DNA of 64,000 bases from Lama glama (GCA_028534125.1 CM052817.1:24864001-24928000), one strand, 5' to 3'. Shown: positions 26,401-39,821, counted from the first letter of the stretch. Program-made: numbers and translations. The notes: generated by a model from the sequence alone, not told the origin.

Positions 26401-29329
26401 TGGCGGAGTGGCTAAGAGCAGACACGAACAATGGAGTGGAAGGACCTGGGCTCAAATCCGGGTTCTGCCACTCTGCTATATGACCTTGGGCAAATGACCT
26501 CCCTTCTCTGTGCCAGCAACCTCCTTCTCATCTCTCATCTTTAAATTGGAGCTGATAAGGGTAATTACAGTCCATAATAGTCCTTATTCAGGTATGGTAA
26601 TACATAGTCCCTGGAGGACCTCCCGCCCCCACCCCTTTTATCCCATGCAGTGCAGTAGAAGAGAGTACACGAAGTGATGATGGCATTCTAGAGGACTAGG
26701 CTTGAATGAGCTCTGATTTATAAAGGAAGGAAATCATTCAAAACATCATTACTTTATGTGCCAAATTAGAGAGGCACACCCTGGTACTGGAACATCCTTG
26801 ATGATGAAAAGGCCAGGACCACTGGCTCCAGGAGCTCCATGTGATGGTGAAACAGCCAACTGCTCCAAAGATCTTTGGGACCTGTGGGTGATTCCTGGGT
26901 GAGCAGCACCTTGCTCTGATGGGGTGGGACTCTCCATGCAGGAAGTGGACAAATATTTGAGCCCAGCCAATGAGCTCATTGCACGAGATCAGAGTGTTCC
27001 GGTGGCCGAATAATCCTATTCAGCTGCATGCCTATTCTATCTGGGGTAAAGAACAGGAAAATTAAGCCACTGATTCTCAAGAGGAAGTAAGTGGCCACCC
27101 AGGGATTCCCTGCCCATTCTGCAGGTACCTGACAGCTAATCGGTATTGACTGGTTCCCAACCTGGCCTGGAGCCAGAAGCTTCATCCTTCTCTCTCTCCC
27201 TTCTCCCCTCCCAGAAGCTTTCTGAGGAGTGAGGGCTGAATCTGCTGGGGCTGCAGTGTTGTTAGCTACTGGAAAGTCCCCATCCTCCTGCCTGTGGTTT
27301 GCTGGGAGGGAGTGGAGGGGGGCTGGGAAGAGAGAAGTTTCCAGGGGCGGCCAACTAACTCCCACCATCACTTCTCTTGCTTCCTGATTGATAAATCCCA
27401 TCCTTTCTTCATGTACCTCTCCCACGTTTATGTTCTTGAAGGGAAGGCAAGAGCAGCTTTCTATCCCCACACAATGTCAGGGACATTTGGTGTTATACAT
27501 TATGAAAATGAGATTCTCCAGATTTTAGAGACAGAGAAAGCTTGGGGATGATCTTGTTCCATTCTCTTATAAGAATAAACTTGAGATTTGGAGAAGTAAC
27601 TTGGTTTCTCAACTTCACAGTCGAAAGTGTTTTCATAAGAAGACTGAGATTCTCTGCAGCACTTGGATGGGAGTCAGGGGCTTGGACTGTCCTAATTCTG
27701 TCACCAAACTTGGACAAGCCATTTAATTTCTCCAGTTTCCTCATTTCATGTATGAGGGAAATTTCTGAGTGGCTAGAAAGGAGCTTTCTAGCTTTAAAAT
27801 TTTGTAATTGTAGGTGCATGCTTCCAGAGTTATATAGCATAGCAGGTCTCACTGACAAGGTTATTGGAACTGTTCTAGAAAAAAAAAAAAAAGTACCTTT
27901 GTGTTTTGGGCCCTACCATGTTTGTGGGCTGTGGTAGGTAGGAGCTGTGTAGAATACAGACAGTCTCTGTAAGGGGTAGGACTTGGGCACAAATGAGTCT
28001 GCTGTTGAGAACACGACCAGAAGCCCAGTGGAATAACAGATCATAGTATTTCATACTGAGGGATGGGGTAGGTAGTTCTACCTGGGGCTTAAAGATGGTC
28101 ACAGGTTTTGTGCAAATGATGTGGATCGAGACGGCTTAAGAAATAACCTGATGGTTTGTTAGTATTGTGTGAATAGTTCTTCTGTTTCATGGAACTCTTT
28201 ATTGAACAGTAATGTGAACAGTTACTCACCTAGTCTAAGTTACCATGGATCTTACATCAGCAGAATCTGAATTGCTTATAAATAATGATGGCTATTTCTG
28301 AAGTAGAACTTATTATTTGATAGCTTGTTAACAGTGTTAAAGTCCAATCTACTTTTTACAGAGAAACTAAAATGTACCCCAGCTGGTTGAAAAGTGAAAA
28401 CTTGAGACATTCAGTTAGTTTTGTCAGTGAAATGGCAAAACTAATTTGATCACTGATTACTTACCAAGTGATCGAAATGACTAAGTTGTTTAATTTTTTT
28501 TTGGTTCATGCATCTTATGTTTTATTGTTACTAAATTGTGTAATTTTTTTTGCACTATGTATATATTCCCTTACAAGAAAACTGAAAGTAATTCTGCTAC
28601 ACTTGTTGCCACCAAATTAATAACTGCTTTCAGCTACACTAATTGATAGATCTTGGGTCTTCCTTTGTAATAATTCTAGTGCTTCTTTATACATGTCTTG
28701 GGATTAGCAGCTGTCATCGGTTAGAACTTGAAAGAGATTCAGTTACAGGAGTGGAAGTTGAGCTAGACATTTAATGCTACTTTCACCTGTAGGTGAGAGA
28801 AAGAAAAAAGCGAGAGAGAGAGCCCATCATTTATGGGGTTATATGAACTTCAAGTCTGTTTTCATCATCAAGAGAAGCTACACTTTAAAGGAAAAGAGAC
28901 AGGGAATACACTTTCATGAAATACATTAGTGCTCTAAATACAGTATGGGCTTATTTCTGAACTTCTGAACGTTTAAAATAAAAAATTAGGTCTTAACTAC
29001 ATTCAAATTACATTATAAAAATTTACTCAGCACATATGCATGTATATCATCTAGAAAAATACAGAGTAAATAGACTTCAGTTCTAGTTCAAAAGAGGTTT
29101 AGAATTTGAATACTGATTTTAGAAACCCTAAACTTTTTGAGTTTACGAAGCTTACAGACTTGTTGAGGGACACCTATTCAAACTTTCTTAAAATAAATAT
29201 GATGATTAGGTACAAAGTGCAGGAGGACGTGGTGATGGATGCCCTACATCACCTTGGAAGAAAGAGGTGATAGTTGTTTGAACTAGGACTTGTGTATCAG
29301 TTGGAATTAGGTTAGAGGGCAAAAGTGAG

Positions 29330-29741
29330 GGTCATGGGGAGATTCTCCTTGGGTACTTCATGTTTCTACACATTTTCTGAGCAGAGGCACTGACTGCCTT
29401 TGTTCTGGACTACCTTTTCAATTTGTTTTTTTTTTTTTTTTTCCTGATAGCAAACAGCCATGGAGGATAGAAAGTATCTCTCTCTGGAGTGAAGGATGGA
29501 CATGCTTACTCCCCAGTATGAAATATTCAGGCTTCTAAAACTCAGGTGCCTCTCATGTAACCCACTGTGGATACAGGTGTCATCTGGCCTGTGGGAACGG
29601 AGGGTCAGGGAACCAGCTCAAATTGCTATTGCTCTGAGTAATAAATTGTCCTTTGTCTCTGACCCCCAGGCTTACTTGTGGCTGACTAACTAGTTAGCTT
29701 GCAAGTAGGATATAGTTGCAGGCCCTTTACAGTTTGTGACA
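29330..29741 (+). mobile_element. Solo LTR (ERVL, MER54/MER73/MER74-like)
   Basis: gtca...tgaca termini, AATAAA near 29640, shared blocks with 9741-10238 (atagcaaa.agc..tgga.gataga; ttagcttgcaa). Confidence 0.65.
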
Positions 29742-29939
29742 GGCACTGTGTTCCTAGCAGAGAGGAACAGAATGCACTGTGGCACAGAGGCATGAGAAAT
29801 CACATCTCACATGGGGAACAATACCTAGTTACTTATCATCTCCAGAACCGAAAGGTGCATGAAAGATATGAAGTTGGTGAGAGACACAGGACCAGATTCG
29901 GAAGAGATCACATACGCTGTGTAGAAGAGTTTAGATTTT

Positions 29940-30036
29940 TTTTTTTTTTAATGGAGGTACTGGGGATTGAACACAGGACCTCATGCATGCTAAGCACGCA
30001 CTCTACCTTTGAGCTCTATGACCCCTACTCCCCGCC
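29940..30036 (-). mobile_element. tRNA-Ala-derived SINE (Vic-1-like)
   Basis: Perfect 15-bp TSD aagagtttagatttt at 29925-29939 and 30037-30051, poly-T on plus strand. Confidence 0.9.
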
Positions 30037-30246
30037 AAGAGTTTAGATTTTATAGGGGCTGTTACTGAGGAATTTTAGCAGAGGGGTGACATGATCAATT
30101 TTGTGTGTGGGTTGAATTACTCTAGCAAATATGTGAAGGCTGGATTGAAGGTTGGCCACTTTTTCTACAGCTAAGGAAAGATAAGCTCTATTTAGATGTA
30201 AAGCGGTTTAGAAGTAGTGATAGGATGAGGAAGGCATCAGAGTGAC

Positions 30247-30615
30247 TATCTTAGTCCATTCGGGCTGCTGAATATCACAGAATACCCCATACTGGGCAGT
30301 TTATGAACAACGGAAACTTATTTCTCACAGTTCTGGAGGGTGGGAAGTCCAGGACCCAGGTGCTGGCGGAGGCAGCATCTGTGATGGCTGACCTCCTGGT
30401 TCATAGACCGCCACCTTTTCCCTGTGTGCTCTTGTGGTAGAGGGGAGGTGGGCTCTCTGGGTCTCTCTGACAAGAGCATTAATCCTGTGCATGTGAGTTC
30501 CACCCTCGTGACCTAACCACCTCCCAGAGGCTCCACCTCCAAATACCATCACACTGGGGATTAGGATTCCAGCATATGAATGAAGGGAGATCAGACCAAA
30601 CATTCAGTTACAGCA
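30247..30615 (-). mobile_element. MaLR LTR (MLT1A-like) inside an L2 relic
   Basis: ttatttctcacagttctggagg...aaataccatcacactggggattagg motifs. Degenerate 5-bp TSD gtgac/aggac. Confidence 0.8.
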
Positions 30616-32561
30616 AGGACTCCTTGGCTTTTGACTTGGCCGATAAAATAAATAGTGATACTGTTCCCGGAGATGTAGCTCATAGGAAGGCAGAGAACCT
30701 CTGGAGAGGAGGGAGGTGAGACTGAGTGAGTTTTAAAATGACTAAATTGAGGCCGAGGTGCTATCTGGATAGGTGATCCAGATAGAAATATTTAATGGTC
30801 TCTGCCAACCTGGAGCTCAGGAAGGAGACAGACAGGTGGGAATCATCAGGGCGTTTGTGGTAGATGCATTCTTGTGCAGCATTCAAGAGAGCAGTTTGAG
30901 AATCAGGTGAAAACTCAAATCACTTGTGACAAGCAACTCCCGCTCTCAAGGCCTCAGTTTCCTAGGTCGTAAAAATGGCAATAATAATAATAGTCTCTAA
31001 CTGGCACTGAGGTTAGAGATGAAGGTTGTTATGAAGATGAAATGAGATAACAGGTGCAGAGTGCCTGGCACTCAGTGAAATGGAAGCTGTCCTCAGTGGC
31101 AGCAGGAGTATCAGAGGTGGTTGCTGACACCGTGAGACTAGGTGAAATTGTCCGAAGGGAGCAGGTGGGATGAGGGGAGAGGACAGAGTCAAGCAGGGGT
31201 AGAAGGAACTGAAAAGAAGCAACCAGAGCGGTAAGAAGAGAACCAGGAGAGTCTCAAGCAGGACGGTGTGGTCCATGGTGAGAAGCTGATCAGAAGAGAC
31301 AAGACAGCTAAGGACTAAAAAGCGCTGTTTGGATTTCACAACCAGAGGATGTGGGCGACCTTTGCGGGAGCAACTGCAGTGGCTCCTCGTTGCTTCTAGT
31401 CACAGTCCAGATTGTGGAGGGACAGGAGGAAGTGGAGACGGCAAGTGTAGACTTTACCTGGAAGGCAGTTGTGCAGGGAAGGAAGAGTTGGGGCCGGGGG
31501 AGGTTTGAGGTCAAGGGAAGATATCTTTTTTTTTTTTTTGCGGGGGTGGGAGAGACTTCATTCACTCTTTATCATATTTATGGGGCCTGTTCTAAGCCAG
31601 GCATTGGGGATACACTCACAAAGAAGATGCAGGCCCTGTCTTCACAGAACTTCTTGAAGCATGTGTATATATACACTCAGGGAACACACGAGAGAATGAA
31701 GGTCCAGGGAACAAGTGAGTACAGGTTAGGGCCTGAGATCCTGTAGCCAACTCAGCTCTGGGCAGAAAGGTTTTGCCATTGATGGAACAGGAGGGCGGTG
31801 GGAAACATCAAACGTGGTTGTCGAAAGTCACCCAGAGAGAAGGGAGGATTACCCACTGGGTGAGTGTGTGTCTAGTACTGGCAACGCCCTCTGTCGATGA
31901 GGAGAGGCAAGGTGTTGAGATGATGATTCATATACATGAGTGAAACAAAGCAGTATTTATGACGGTGTTTGGAACATAATAGTCGCCAAGTACACATTAA
32001 TGGCATTTGAATTCGTGATTCAGAACCTCTGGCTATGTCACGGGGAAAGCCTTTTACATCTAAAGTGGTATCAGGAGTGATAAGGTCCGTTGTTGAAAAC
32101 TGCTCTGGTTCAGTAGACTATGATGACAGACAGCTGATACTTTTTCTCAGAAGATTACTTTTGGCGGGGGTGGGGGGAGCCACAAGTACTGAATTTGATC
32201 ATCTTAAAAAAAATTCCTCGAAATACATGTAAAATAACACAGCAGGGGACAAAGCTGTCCAAGCAGCAGCCTGTTGTATCTGTGGGGCTTGCCCTTGTTG
32301 ACTCTAAGAGACTTAACGTTCACCAGGAGCCACCCGGTGGAACCTTTGTAACCCATAGTGAGTGTGATACTTACAGCATTTTCAGGCTTTATATGTAGTA
32401 CAATTTCAAGGAAGCTCTCGGCCAAGCAGCTTATTTGAACTAATATCCATTTCTTCCTCTATTTGGGTTTCAGACTCTTAAGCTCTTCTGAAATAATAAC
32501 TCTTCGAAAGTAGCTATTGCGGTGACTTCATTAAATTCTAATACCTGTTTTTCCCCTGCAG

Positions 32562-32642
32562 GATTCTGCATCAGAAGCATGTAAAATAGATAGCTTGGTC
32601 TAGAATAGAAAACAGTGGCAGCGTTTGGCCGAGTTTCCCAAC
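32562..32642 (+). other. TBC1D1: TBC1D1 exon 2, 5' UTR portion
   Basis: Branch-like ttctaat, pyrimidine tract and acceptor ttttcccctgcAG ending at 32561. In-frame TAG at 32601 lies upstream of the ATG. Confidence 0.8.
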
Positions 32643-33059
32643 ATGGAACCGATAACGTTCACAGCGAGGAAACATCTGTTTCCTACTGAGGCCTCGGTGG
32701 ACTTCGGCCTCCAGCTGGTGGGCTCCCTGGCGGTGCACTCTCTGACCACCATGCCGATGCTGCCTTGGGTCGTGGCGGAGGTGCGGAGGCTCAGCGGGCA
32801 GTCCTCCAGAAAGGAGCCTGGTACCAAGCAAGTCCGCCTTGCTGTTTCGCCCTCTGGACTGAGATGTGAGCCTGAGCCGGGGAAGAGTCAACAGTGGGAC
32901 CCGCTGATCTGCTCCAGCATCTTCGAGTGTAAGCCTCAGCACGTTCACAAACTGATCCATAACAGTCACGACCCAAGTTATTTTGCTTGTCTGATTAAAG
33001 ACAAGGCAGCCCATCAGCAGAGTATCTGCTACGTGTTCAAAGCCGACGATCAAACAAAA
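32643..33059 (+). CDS. TBC1D1: TBC1 domain family member 1 (Rab-GAP), first coding exon, residues 1-139, N-terminal PTB region
   Basis: Strong Kozak context aacATGG. Translation MEPITFTARKHL...HSLTTMPMLPWVVAEVRRLS...HKLIHNSHDPSYFACLIK...CYVFKADDQTK matches recalled TBC1D1. Phase-0 donor AAA|GTAAGT at 33059/33060. No further exon recognised in the window. Confidence 0.96.
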
Positions 33060-33358
33060 GTAAGTGGAGGTGGGGATCCAAAAGGTGAAGATGTGGCTGG
33101 ATGGTTTTTGTTGCACGGGGTCTGAACGTTTAAGTATCTTGGAATTAAGAGAAAGCTAAGGCTGCAGCTGAACATAGATTATGTCACTGGAGTTTTGGTT
33201 TATGGGGAGGGTTGCTCTATAGTCTTGAAGAACATTTGATAACAGATATTAAAATGAAAAATGTAGGAGGCCCAAAATTCAACAGAGAAATCTTTCTAAA
33301 CTTATACCGAAGAGCTGAACCAGTAGGATTCAGCTCATTTAAGGTGTGTGTTCTAAAA

Positions 33359-33520
33359 GAGTGCTTCTCAAACAGAATTGTGCCCAGGACTCCCCTGGGG
33401 GTCTTGTTAAAATGCAAATTCTGATCCAGTAGGTCTGGGATGAACCCTGAGACTGCATTTCTAACAAGTTTCCGGGAGATACTGGTACTGCTTCTGTGCA
33501 GATGGCATTCTGAGTAGAAA
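33359..33520. mobile_element. MER5A hAT MITE
   Basis: cttgttaaaatgcaaattctga...tgagactgcatttctaacaag palindromic core. Confidence 0.8.
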
Positions 33521-35812
33521 ACTCCTATATCAGCGAGCTCCACGTTTTTAGTTTTGTTAACAAAAATACATTTATGATAAGAATATTATTAGCCAGTTTC
33601 CCAAGGTGTAATGTTCACTTAGGCAGAGACCATTGGTGAAAATAGTGGATATGAATCTAAGCTTTGAAACTTTCAGGTTTGGGGGGGGGTTGGTCAGTTT
33701 CATGTCTGATGTGATTAGCTTGTTCTTGTTATATCTTATGACGTGGCTGAGAAAAATATTATACGAGAAACGGTAGAAATATTGTCAGCTCTATGTTTAT
33801 TTGTGCTTGTACTGTTGTTAGCATGTGTTTTTGCAGTTCTGTGCAGAACTCATTCAAGCCACTTGGCCATTTTGTGAGGGAGGGTTAGTTTAGATACAAT
33901 TGAAAATGTAATCTCGACAGCCCCTTTCTACATTGGGCCCATATTGACTGCAATCAAGTACAGACTACGGAAAGCGAGCAAGCAGGTGGGGGCCTCACTG
34001 CTAACCCTGGGGCCTGAGGAAGCCAGCGCTAGGTCTGAGTGTCTGGTGTGCCTGTGTGGCTGTCTGCCACACGCAGGACATGCAGGACTCTGAGGCTGCC
34101 AATGTTGATTCTGGTGGTCGGTGCCAGTAAGTAGACAAGTGCTAATGTTTTCCCCCTCATCCCACTGGGGCTTTTTCTGCACACCGTCCAGGGTGCATGA
34201 ACCTCATTTGGAAATAATGTTCTCGGTGACTAAATAGATTTGTGGAGATTCACTTTTGTTTGTTCATTCCTTGGTTCTTTCACTCATTCCTTCAGTGGTT
34301 GCTGCTCCAGGTCCTGGGTGGGAGGATGTAGTACAGGCCAGAATGAAGGCAGCAGTGTCAGCAGGTAAATACCAAATGGTCTGTGGACCGGGCGGCGTGA
34401 CGGGAGGGCAGAGTAGTACGGAGTCTAACACGCTGGAGTGTAAGGAAGACTTTTTGAAATAATGACTCATCTGGAGATTAAAACCACTATTGTACACACA
34501 GAATTGGGTATCTTCTTATTGGAAGTCATTTGATGTTATTGTTCCTGCATCTCAGGCGGGATAGCATCCCAGTTTGGAGCTTCAGAGGGACTCACTCCTG
34601 GATTCCAGTCCTGTCTGCCACCTGTAAACTGGGTGGCCTCAGGGAACACTGAGCTTGTTTCCTCATCTGTAAAATGGGGCTAATTATAGTCTCTATCTCG
34701 TAGAGTTGTTGGGAGGGCTAAACAAACTAGAATGGGACCTGAAACCAGTAAGCATTTCTGGCTGTAAAAACTTTTCATTAAAGAAAGTTTTACTGGAAGC
34801 AAATTATATGCTAATTAACTTTCAAATCTTAGAAGAAAAAGAGACCAAGAAGCATGCCTTCAGCTCTCAGGATGAGATCCGGGTCATCTCTGAGCAATGT
34901 TTTTATAAACTAGGCACTTAAAAAACTGCGTAAGTAAATTTAACGGTTGTTGCTCTTATTTGGTCAAATTCCAGGATGAAAATTAGAGGACTGAACAGCC
35001 TGTACTCCACGCCAGCTCTATATAAGGACTGAGTTTCCTTGGGGAGAGTTTTGCATGGAATAGTCGTTCAGCACTTTACACTTTTGACTCTTTCCCAAAT
35101 CTTTTACAGCCATCCGAGATCAGGCTTCTGGCCAGTCACTGAGCTACCTGACAGGAAGGAGAGATTTATAACCAAATTCTGGAACTGGGGCTTCCAGTCA
35201 CGCTGAAAGTAGAGATTTGGCCTCATTCTGTATTCTAAAAAGCCATGGTAGAAAGATGAATCAGTTCTTAGGTTATTTTTGGCTTGCATACAGTTTTTAT
35301 AAACACAAATTGCCAGTACTTAGAGTAATCAGTTGCTGTCATCCTGTCCGTTTTATAAGAGTAATTTGTAACATAAGCACCTCAATCAGTGATTCTCTTG
35401 TTGTTGGAAACTGAATGGTAAACCAGATTGGCTCTGATTCTAGCTGGCATGATGTCTTTTATGTTCTTGGGACACCCTAACCTGTGTCGTTGTTTCTCAT
35501 GACTGTAGCATTTGCTCAGTGAAATAATTCTGCAGGTTAAGGCTTGTTCTAACGAGATGAGCTCGGTATCCAACCATGTTTGCCAGAGGAAATATATGCA
35601 TTTACTGCCAGGGTCACAAGCTCAAAACTACTGTGTGAGATGAAACCCTTTGAGCAGCATGTGAATTAACTTATTGAAGAAGGTCTGGGGAGAAGAGGCA
35701 CAGAGAGGTGTTTTATAAGCACAACATGAGATTGTGTTTCCCATTATATGTTCTATGGATACACTCAAGGTGTTCCGCAGAGAAAGGCTTCCATGATCAA
35801 AATACATTAGGG

Positions 35813-36665
35813 CAGCATCTCAAACTTCTGATCTGAAGACCCCTTTTCTCTCAAAAATTATTGAGGATCCCCAAAAGTGTTAATGTAGGTTATCTATTCA
35901 GTAAGTATCTAGTCATACTTACTGTGTTAGAAATTTCTAATTCTATTGTATTAGAAATTCAAACTGAGAAATTTAAAGGTATTCATTTATTAAAAACAAA
36001 AATAATAAGGGGTGGGGGATAGCTCAAGTGGTAGAGCGCATGCTTAGCATGCATGAGGTCCTGGGTTCAATCCCCAGTACCTCCTCTGAAAATAAAGAAA
36101 GAAATAAACCTAATTACTTCCCCCCCAAAACAAAACAAAAAACAAAAACAATAAACCCCTGACGGGTCAGCATAAATTTTTTTGTGTGTGAAAAATAACT
36201 GTATTTTCTCCCTGAATTAAAAGATAAGAGTGGCATCATTTGACTTTTTGTTTGCTTGGTTTTTCTTTTTCCAAATCTCTTTCATGTCTGGACAACTATT
36301 ATTTCACAGCTGCTTCTCTACTCATTTTGTTTGTGATATGTTGTTTGGTTGAGGATATGAAGAAAATTTGGCCTCACACAGATAAGTAGTAGGAAAACGG
36401 AGAAATATTTTATAGCCTTTTTAGAAAATTTGGAATATTTTTCTTTAATGTTATCCCCAAACTCAACAAATGGTAGTATTCTGTTGCAATATAAAACCTG
36501 AAACCATATCAAGGCACTTCTTGCACTTTGTTGTATTAAAATCCATTAGTCTGTCTTGTGCCTTAATGAGTCTTTTAAGCAAGCATGATTCTGTAACATC
36601 GTGCATAGATTATTTGGGAAATATTGGTTCACTGAGTTATACAGACCACACCCTGAGAACTGCTG
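35813..36665. mobile_element. Internally deleted hAT-Charlie (Charlie1-like) transposon
   Basis: Imperfect TIRs cagcatctca...tgagaactgctg and the motif aaaaattattgaggatccccaaa. Interrupted by a SINE. Confidence 0.7.
36009..36136 (+). mobile_element. tRNA-Ala-derived SINE (Vic-1-like)
   Basis: Near-intact tRNA-Ala(AGC)-like head, aaacctaattac tail, near-TSD aaaaacaaaaa(t/c)aataa. Confidence 0.9.
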
Positions 36666-39280
36666 TCTTAGAGAGACACTGTATTTTCTATTCCACTCTT
36701 GAATTATATATTAGTCCATTAAATCCCCAAATTTATTTGACCGTAGGTTACATTTTCTCATAACATCCAATAACATCCCTCAGAACATGTGTGAACACAG
36801 TGGCATAAGGTTCTGGGTTGAAGTTTAGTTTTAAGTTGGGATCCATGGCAGGAAATGAAAACATTCACTCCAGAAAACAGATGGCTGCATGGGTGACCCT
36901 GACCAGATCTTCACCTCATCACACCACAGATAAGTCGGGAGTTCCTCCTAGACTCAGCCCTAGAAAAAGCATCAAGTCTAAGAAAACTGCCTCGGGATTC
37001 TTTCCTTCCCCAGTTCTTCAGCTTTGTCTCTGCTAAGAAAATTCGTACTCAGAAGACCATCAGATCTGCCACTCACTTGAGTTTATTTTAGATCACTCAG
37101 AAGAGTATTTACATTTTAATCCTTTTTTAAATCTATGAAGTACAAAGCTCTGCTTCCTTTAAGAGACTGTCCAGCACTGAGTTGCAGGTAGCTGAAGGGT
37201 TGTGTGCTGACATTTTATGTTGTTGTTTTATGTCAATAAAAGGAAAGGATGAAATTTTAATGGGAAATGGCAGGGATTACTGAGCTGGTAACAAATGGAG
37301 GAGAAGTGTAGGCTGGTGTTCAGGGGAGAGAGTGAACTGTATGTGGGACACCCGGTAAGTCAGAAATCAGATAACGTGAGAGTAGTTTTGCTGTAAGTGC
37401 CTGCAGTTCTTCAGCCGATTTACCATCCCTGAAACCCATCCTGACTTTTCAAACACTGTTCCCAACCTTAGTCAGATCTGATCTTCTGGCTCTGACATCT
37501 AGTCTGGGCGGAGCGGGGAGTTTCAGGACTGAGACAGGCTGGGTGCTCCCGGATTCCCTTTCTGCAGCCTCCCTAAGAGCATCTTGGGTTTGCTAGAATC
37601 TCGCTGGCCTCATTCCTCCCTCTCCCAAGGAAGACATCCCATCTCTTACTGGGACATGATAAAGTACTAAAACCTTAGGGATGAGGAGGAGGGGGAAAGT
37701 GTGGAGAAGGAACTTGAGATGGGGAGGAGAGGTGCTGAAGTGACTGCATGGGAGGCAGAAGTGTAGTCTAGAAGAGGACTTTGTTAAAGGTTGCCGAGGA
37801 ATATGTGTTTAAGAGAATGTCGGTGTCCCTTGAAAGAATGGGTTTCCTTTTCTATGAAATTTGGCAATGAAACTGCATTTCTTGAAAGTGATGTATATCT
37901 AAGACTGAACCCTGTGGGCTTCCATACCGCTCATTTTAAGAGTGCTTAACTATTTGTAGACTTAAGAGTAAGAAATGTTTCCTTTTGAAATTTCCAGTAA
38001 CGAACCAATGTATTCTCGCCTGAGGCCCTGTAGGTACCCCGTCTTTCTCAGTAACTGACGGAGAGCTACCTCTCCTGGCCTCTCCGGATCCGTTACATTG
38101 CACATCAGCTGAAAAGGTGGTTTAAAGTTGTTTTCCTGTAATTAGCAGGGTTAGTACTTCAGTCCCCTGTATTAAACGCCCAAGTTGCTTTGGCTGACTT
38201 TTATGATTTAATTAACAATTTAAAAACATTTTATTTTTGATTGTAGCTTTGTTTCGGTTGCATTCCTCATTTGTCTTAATAATTCCCCATCTGCTTGGAG
38301 TTTTAAGTCAGTGACTTAAAATAAGCACCACTTATTTCGGGATTTTCAATAAAGGCTGTCTTCAGTTGCATCTCTTGCTTGGCTGTTAGATTTGCTGGCT
38401 CATTGCTTTCTTTCTTTGCTAGAGTGAAGGTCAAAATTACAACTCTGGGCTGGAGCAGTTTGTTCCTGAGGGGGATTATTCTGAAGAGCACAGGGTTACT
38501 TTGCTACTCTTTTTGTCTTGTGCCCTTTCCCTGGCGAGTCTTCATAATTTCTAAATATCAGACGTTAGTCTGTCTTTGCTGCTCAGGGAATGGTTCTGAG
38601 AAGGTTTTGTTGTGTATGTTTGGGAAGATTTTTTATCGATGTTAAAATTCCCACTGGGCGTCTTTAATCCTATTCTGGTTTGTTGCGTAAGATTTCACTT
38701 GGGGCCCTCTCGGGGGCTGTGACTCAGTACATGGTTGCACAGACCAGTGTCTCCGTGTCAGCACATCAACACTGAACCGTCCGTCATCCTAGACAGAAGT
38801 CGGTTGTGGGTGCAAAGATTGGCAGGGATTCTTTTTCATCTATAAAAAGAATGTCCTGGCCGGCATGAACTCCGAAGCATTTGTTGGAAGGTTTGGGTCC
38901 GTGACACGGGATTGATTACATAGTTCATTTTTGACTTTGAAAAATGAGTCTGAGGGTTTTAGAAGCATCTATCTGGTCATAAGTGCTTAGATAATTTCTT
39001 ATAAGTCTTTATTTTCAACATGTGTCACTTTATTTTTTTTAATAATTAATGCTTTATTGTATAAATCAAGACATATCAATGACAAAAAAGTAGTAATTTG
39101 TGCCTGACATTAATCTAAGGTTTTTTTTTTCACGTGTGACTTTATATAGCTTTGCATTTTTCACCAAATGCTTTGCCTTTTTAAGTATTTTTATAATATA
39201 AATCTGTTCCTAAGAATAGACTACAAGTATCTTGAACCTAAAGTTGACTTGCATCTTAAAAAGATTTATTTATAGCCTAG

Positions 39281-39600
39281 ATCTCCACTGTCAAGTACAA
39301 TAATCAGTAGTCGTCTGGGGCTACTGAGCACTCGCAGTGTAGCTCATCTGAACTGAGATGTGCTGTGAGTGTCAAAACAGTAGATTTCAAGGACTTAGTT
39401 TTGAAAAAAGGAATGTAAAATATCTCAATAATGTTCTATATTGGTTACATGTTGAAATGGCAATATTTTCTATATGTTGGGTTAATTCGAAGATAATACT
39501 AAAATTAATTTCACCTTTCATTTTACCTTTTTGGATGTGCCTACAAGAGAATTTAAAATTACATACATAGCTTGCATCCTCTTTCTGCCAATGCTGGATT
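39281..39600. mobile_element. MER33-like hAT MITE
   Basis: aactgagatgtgctgtgagtgtcaaa...gatttcaaggacttagt...aatgtaaaatatctcaataat motifs. Confidence 0.7.
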
Positions 39601-39709
39601 AGCTACCTAAGAAGTATTTCTGGAAATAATCTGAATATTTATCACAAAGTGACTTCAGGTTTCCCCCTTTTCTTTGCTGTCTTGTCCTTGGTAATGATAG
39701 AATTTTGCT

Positions 39710-39821
39710 TGGGGAGGAGGGTATAGCTCAGTGGTAGAGCACATGCTTGGCATGCATGAGGTCCTGGGTTCAATCCCCAGCACCTCTTTTTTTTTTTCTT
39801 CTTCTTCTTCTTTTTTTTAAA
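39710..39821 (+). mobile_element. tRNA-Ala-derived SINE (Vic-1-like) with pyrimidine tail
   Basis: A/B boxes present. TSD agaattttgct at 39699-39709 and 39822-39832. Confidence 0.88.

Noticed and set aside
22552..32642. N-terminal extension of TBC1D1 through the open exon 1 frame spliced in phase to exon 2
   Set aside because: No AUG in that frame, and an in-frame TAG at 32601 precedes the ATG at 32643.
32571..33116. 181-aa antisense ORF
   Set aside because: Shadow of the TBC1D1 coding exon.
32625..33125. 166-aa ORF as a complete protein
   Set aside because: It begins at a TTG and reads through the GTAAGT donor. The real coding part is 32643-33059.
36009..36085. Possible genuine tRNA-Ala(AGC) gene
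   Set aside because: Has the SINE tail and a TSD and sits inside a Charlie element, so it is a SINE head.
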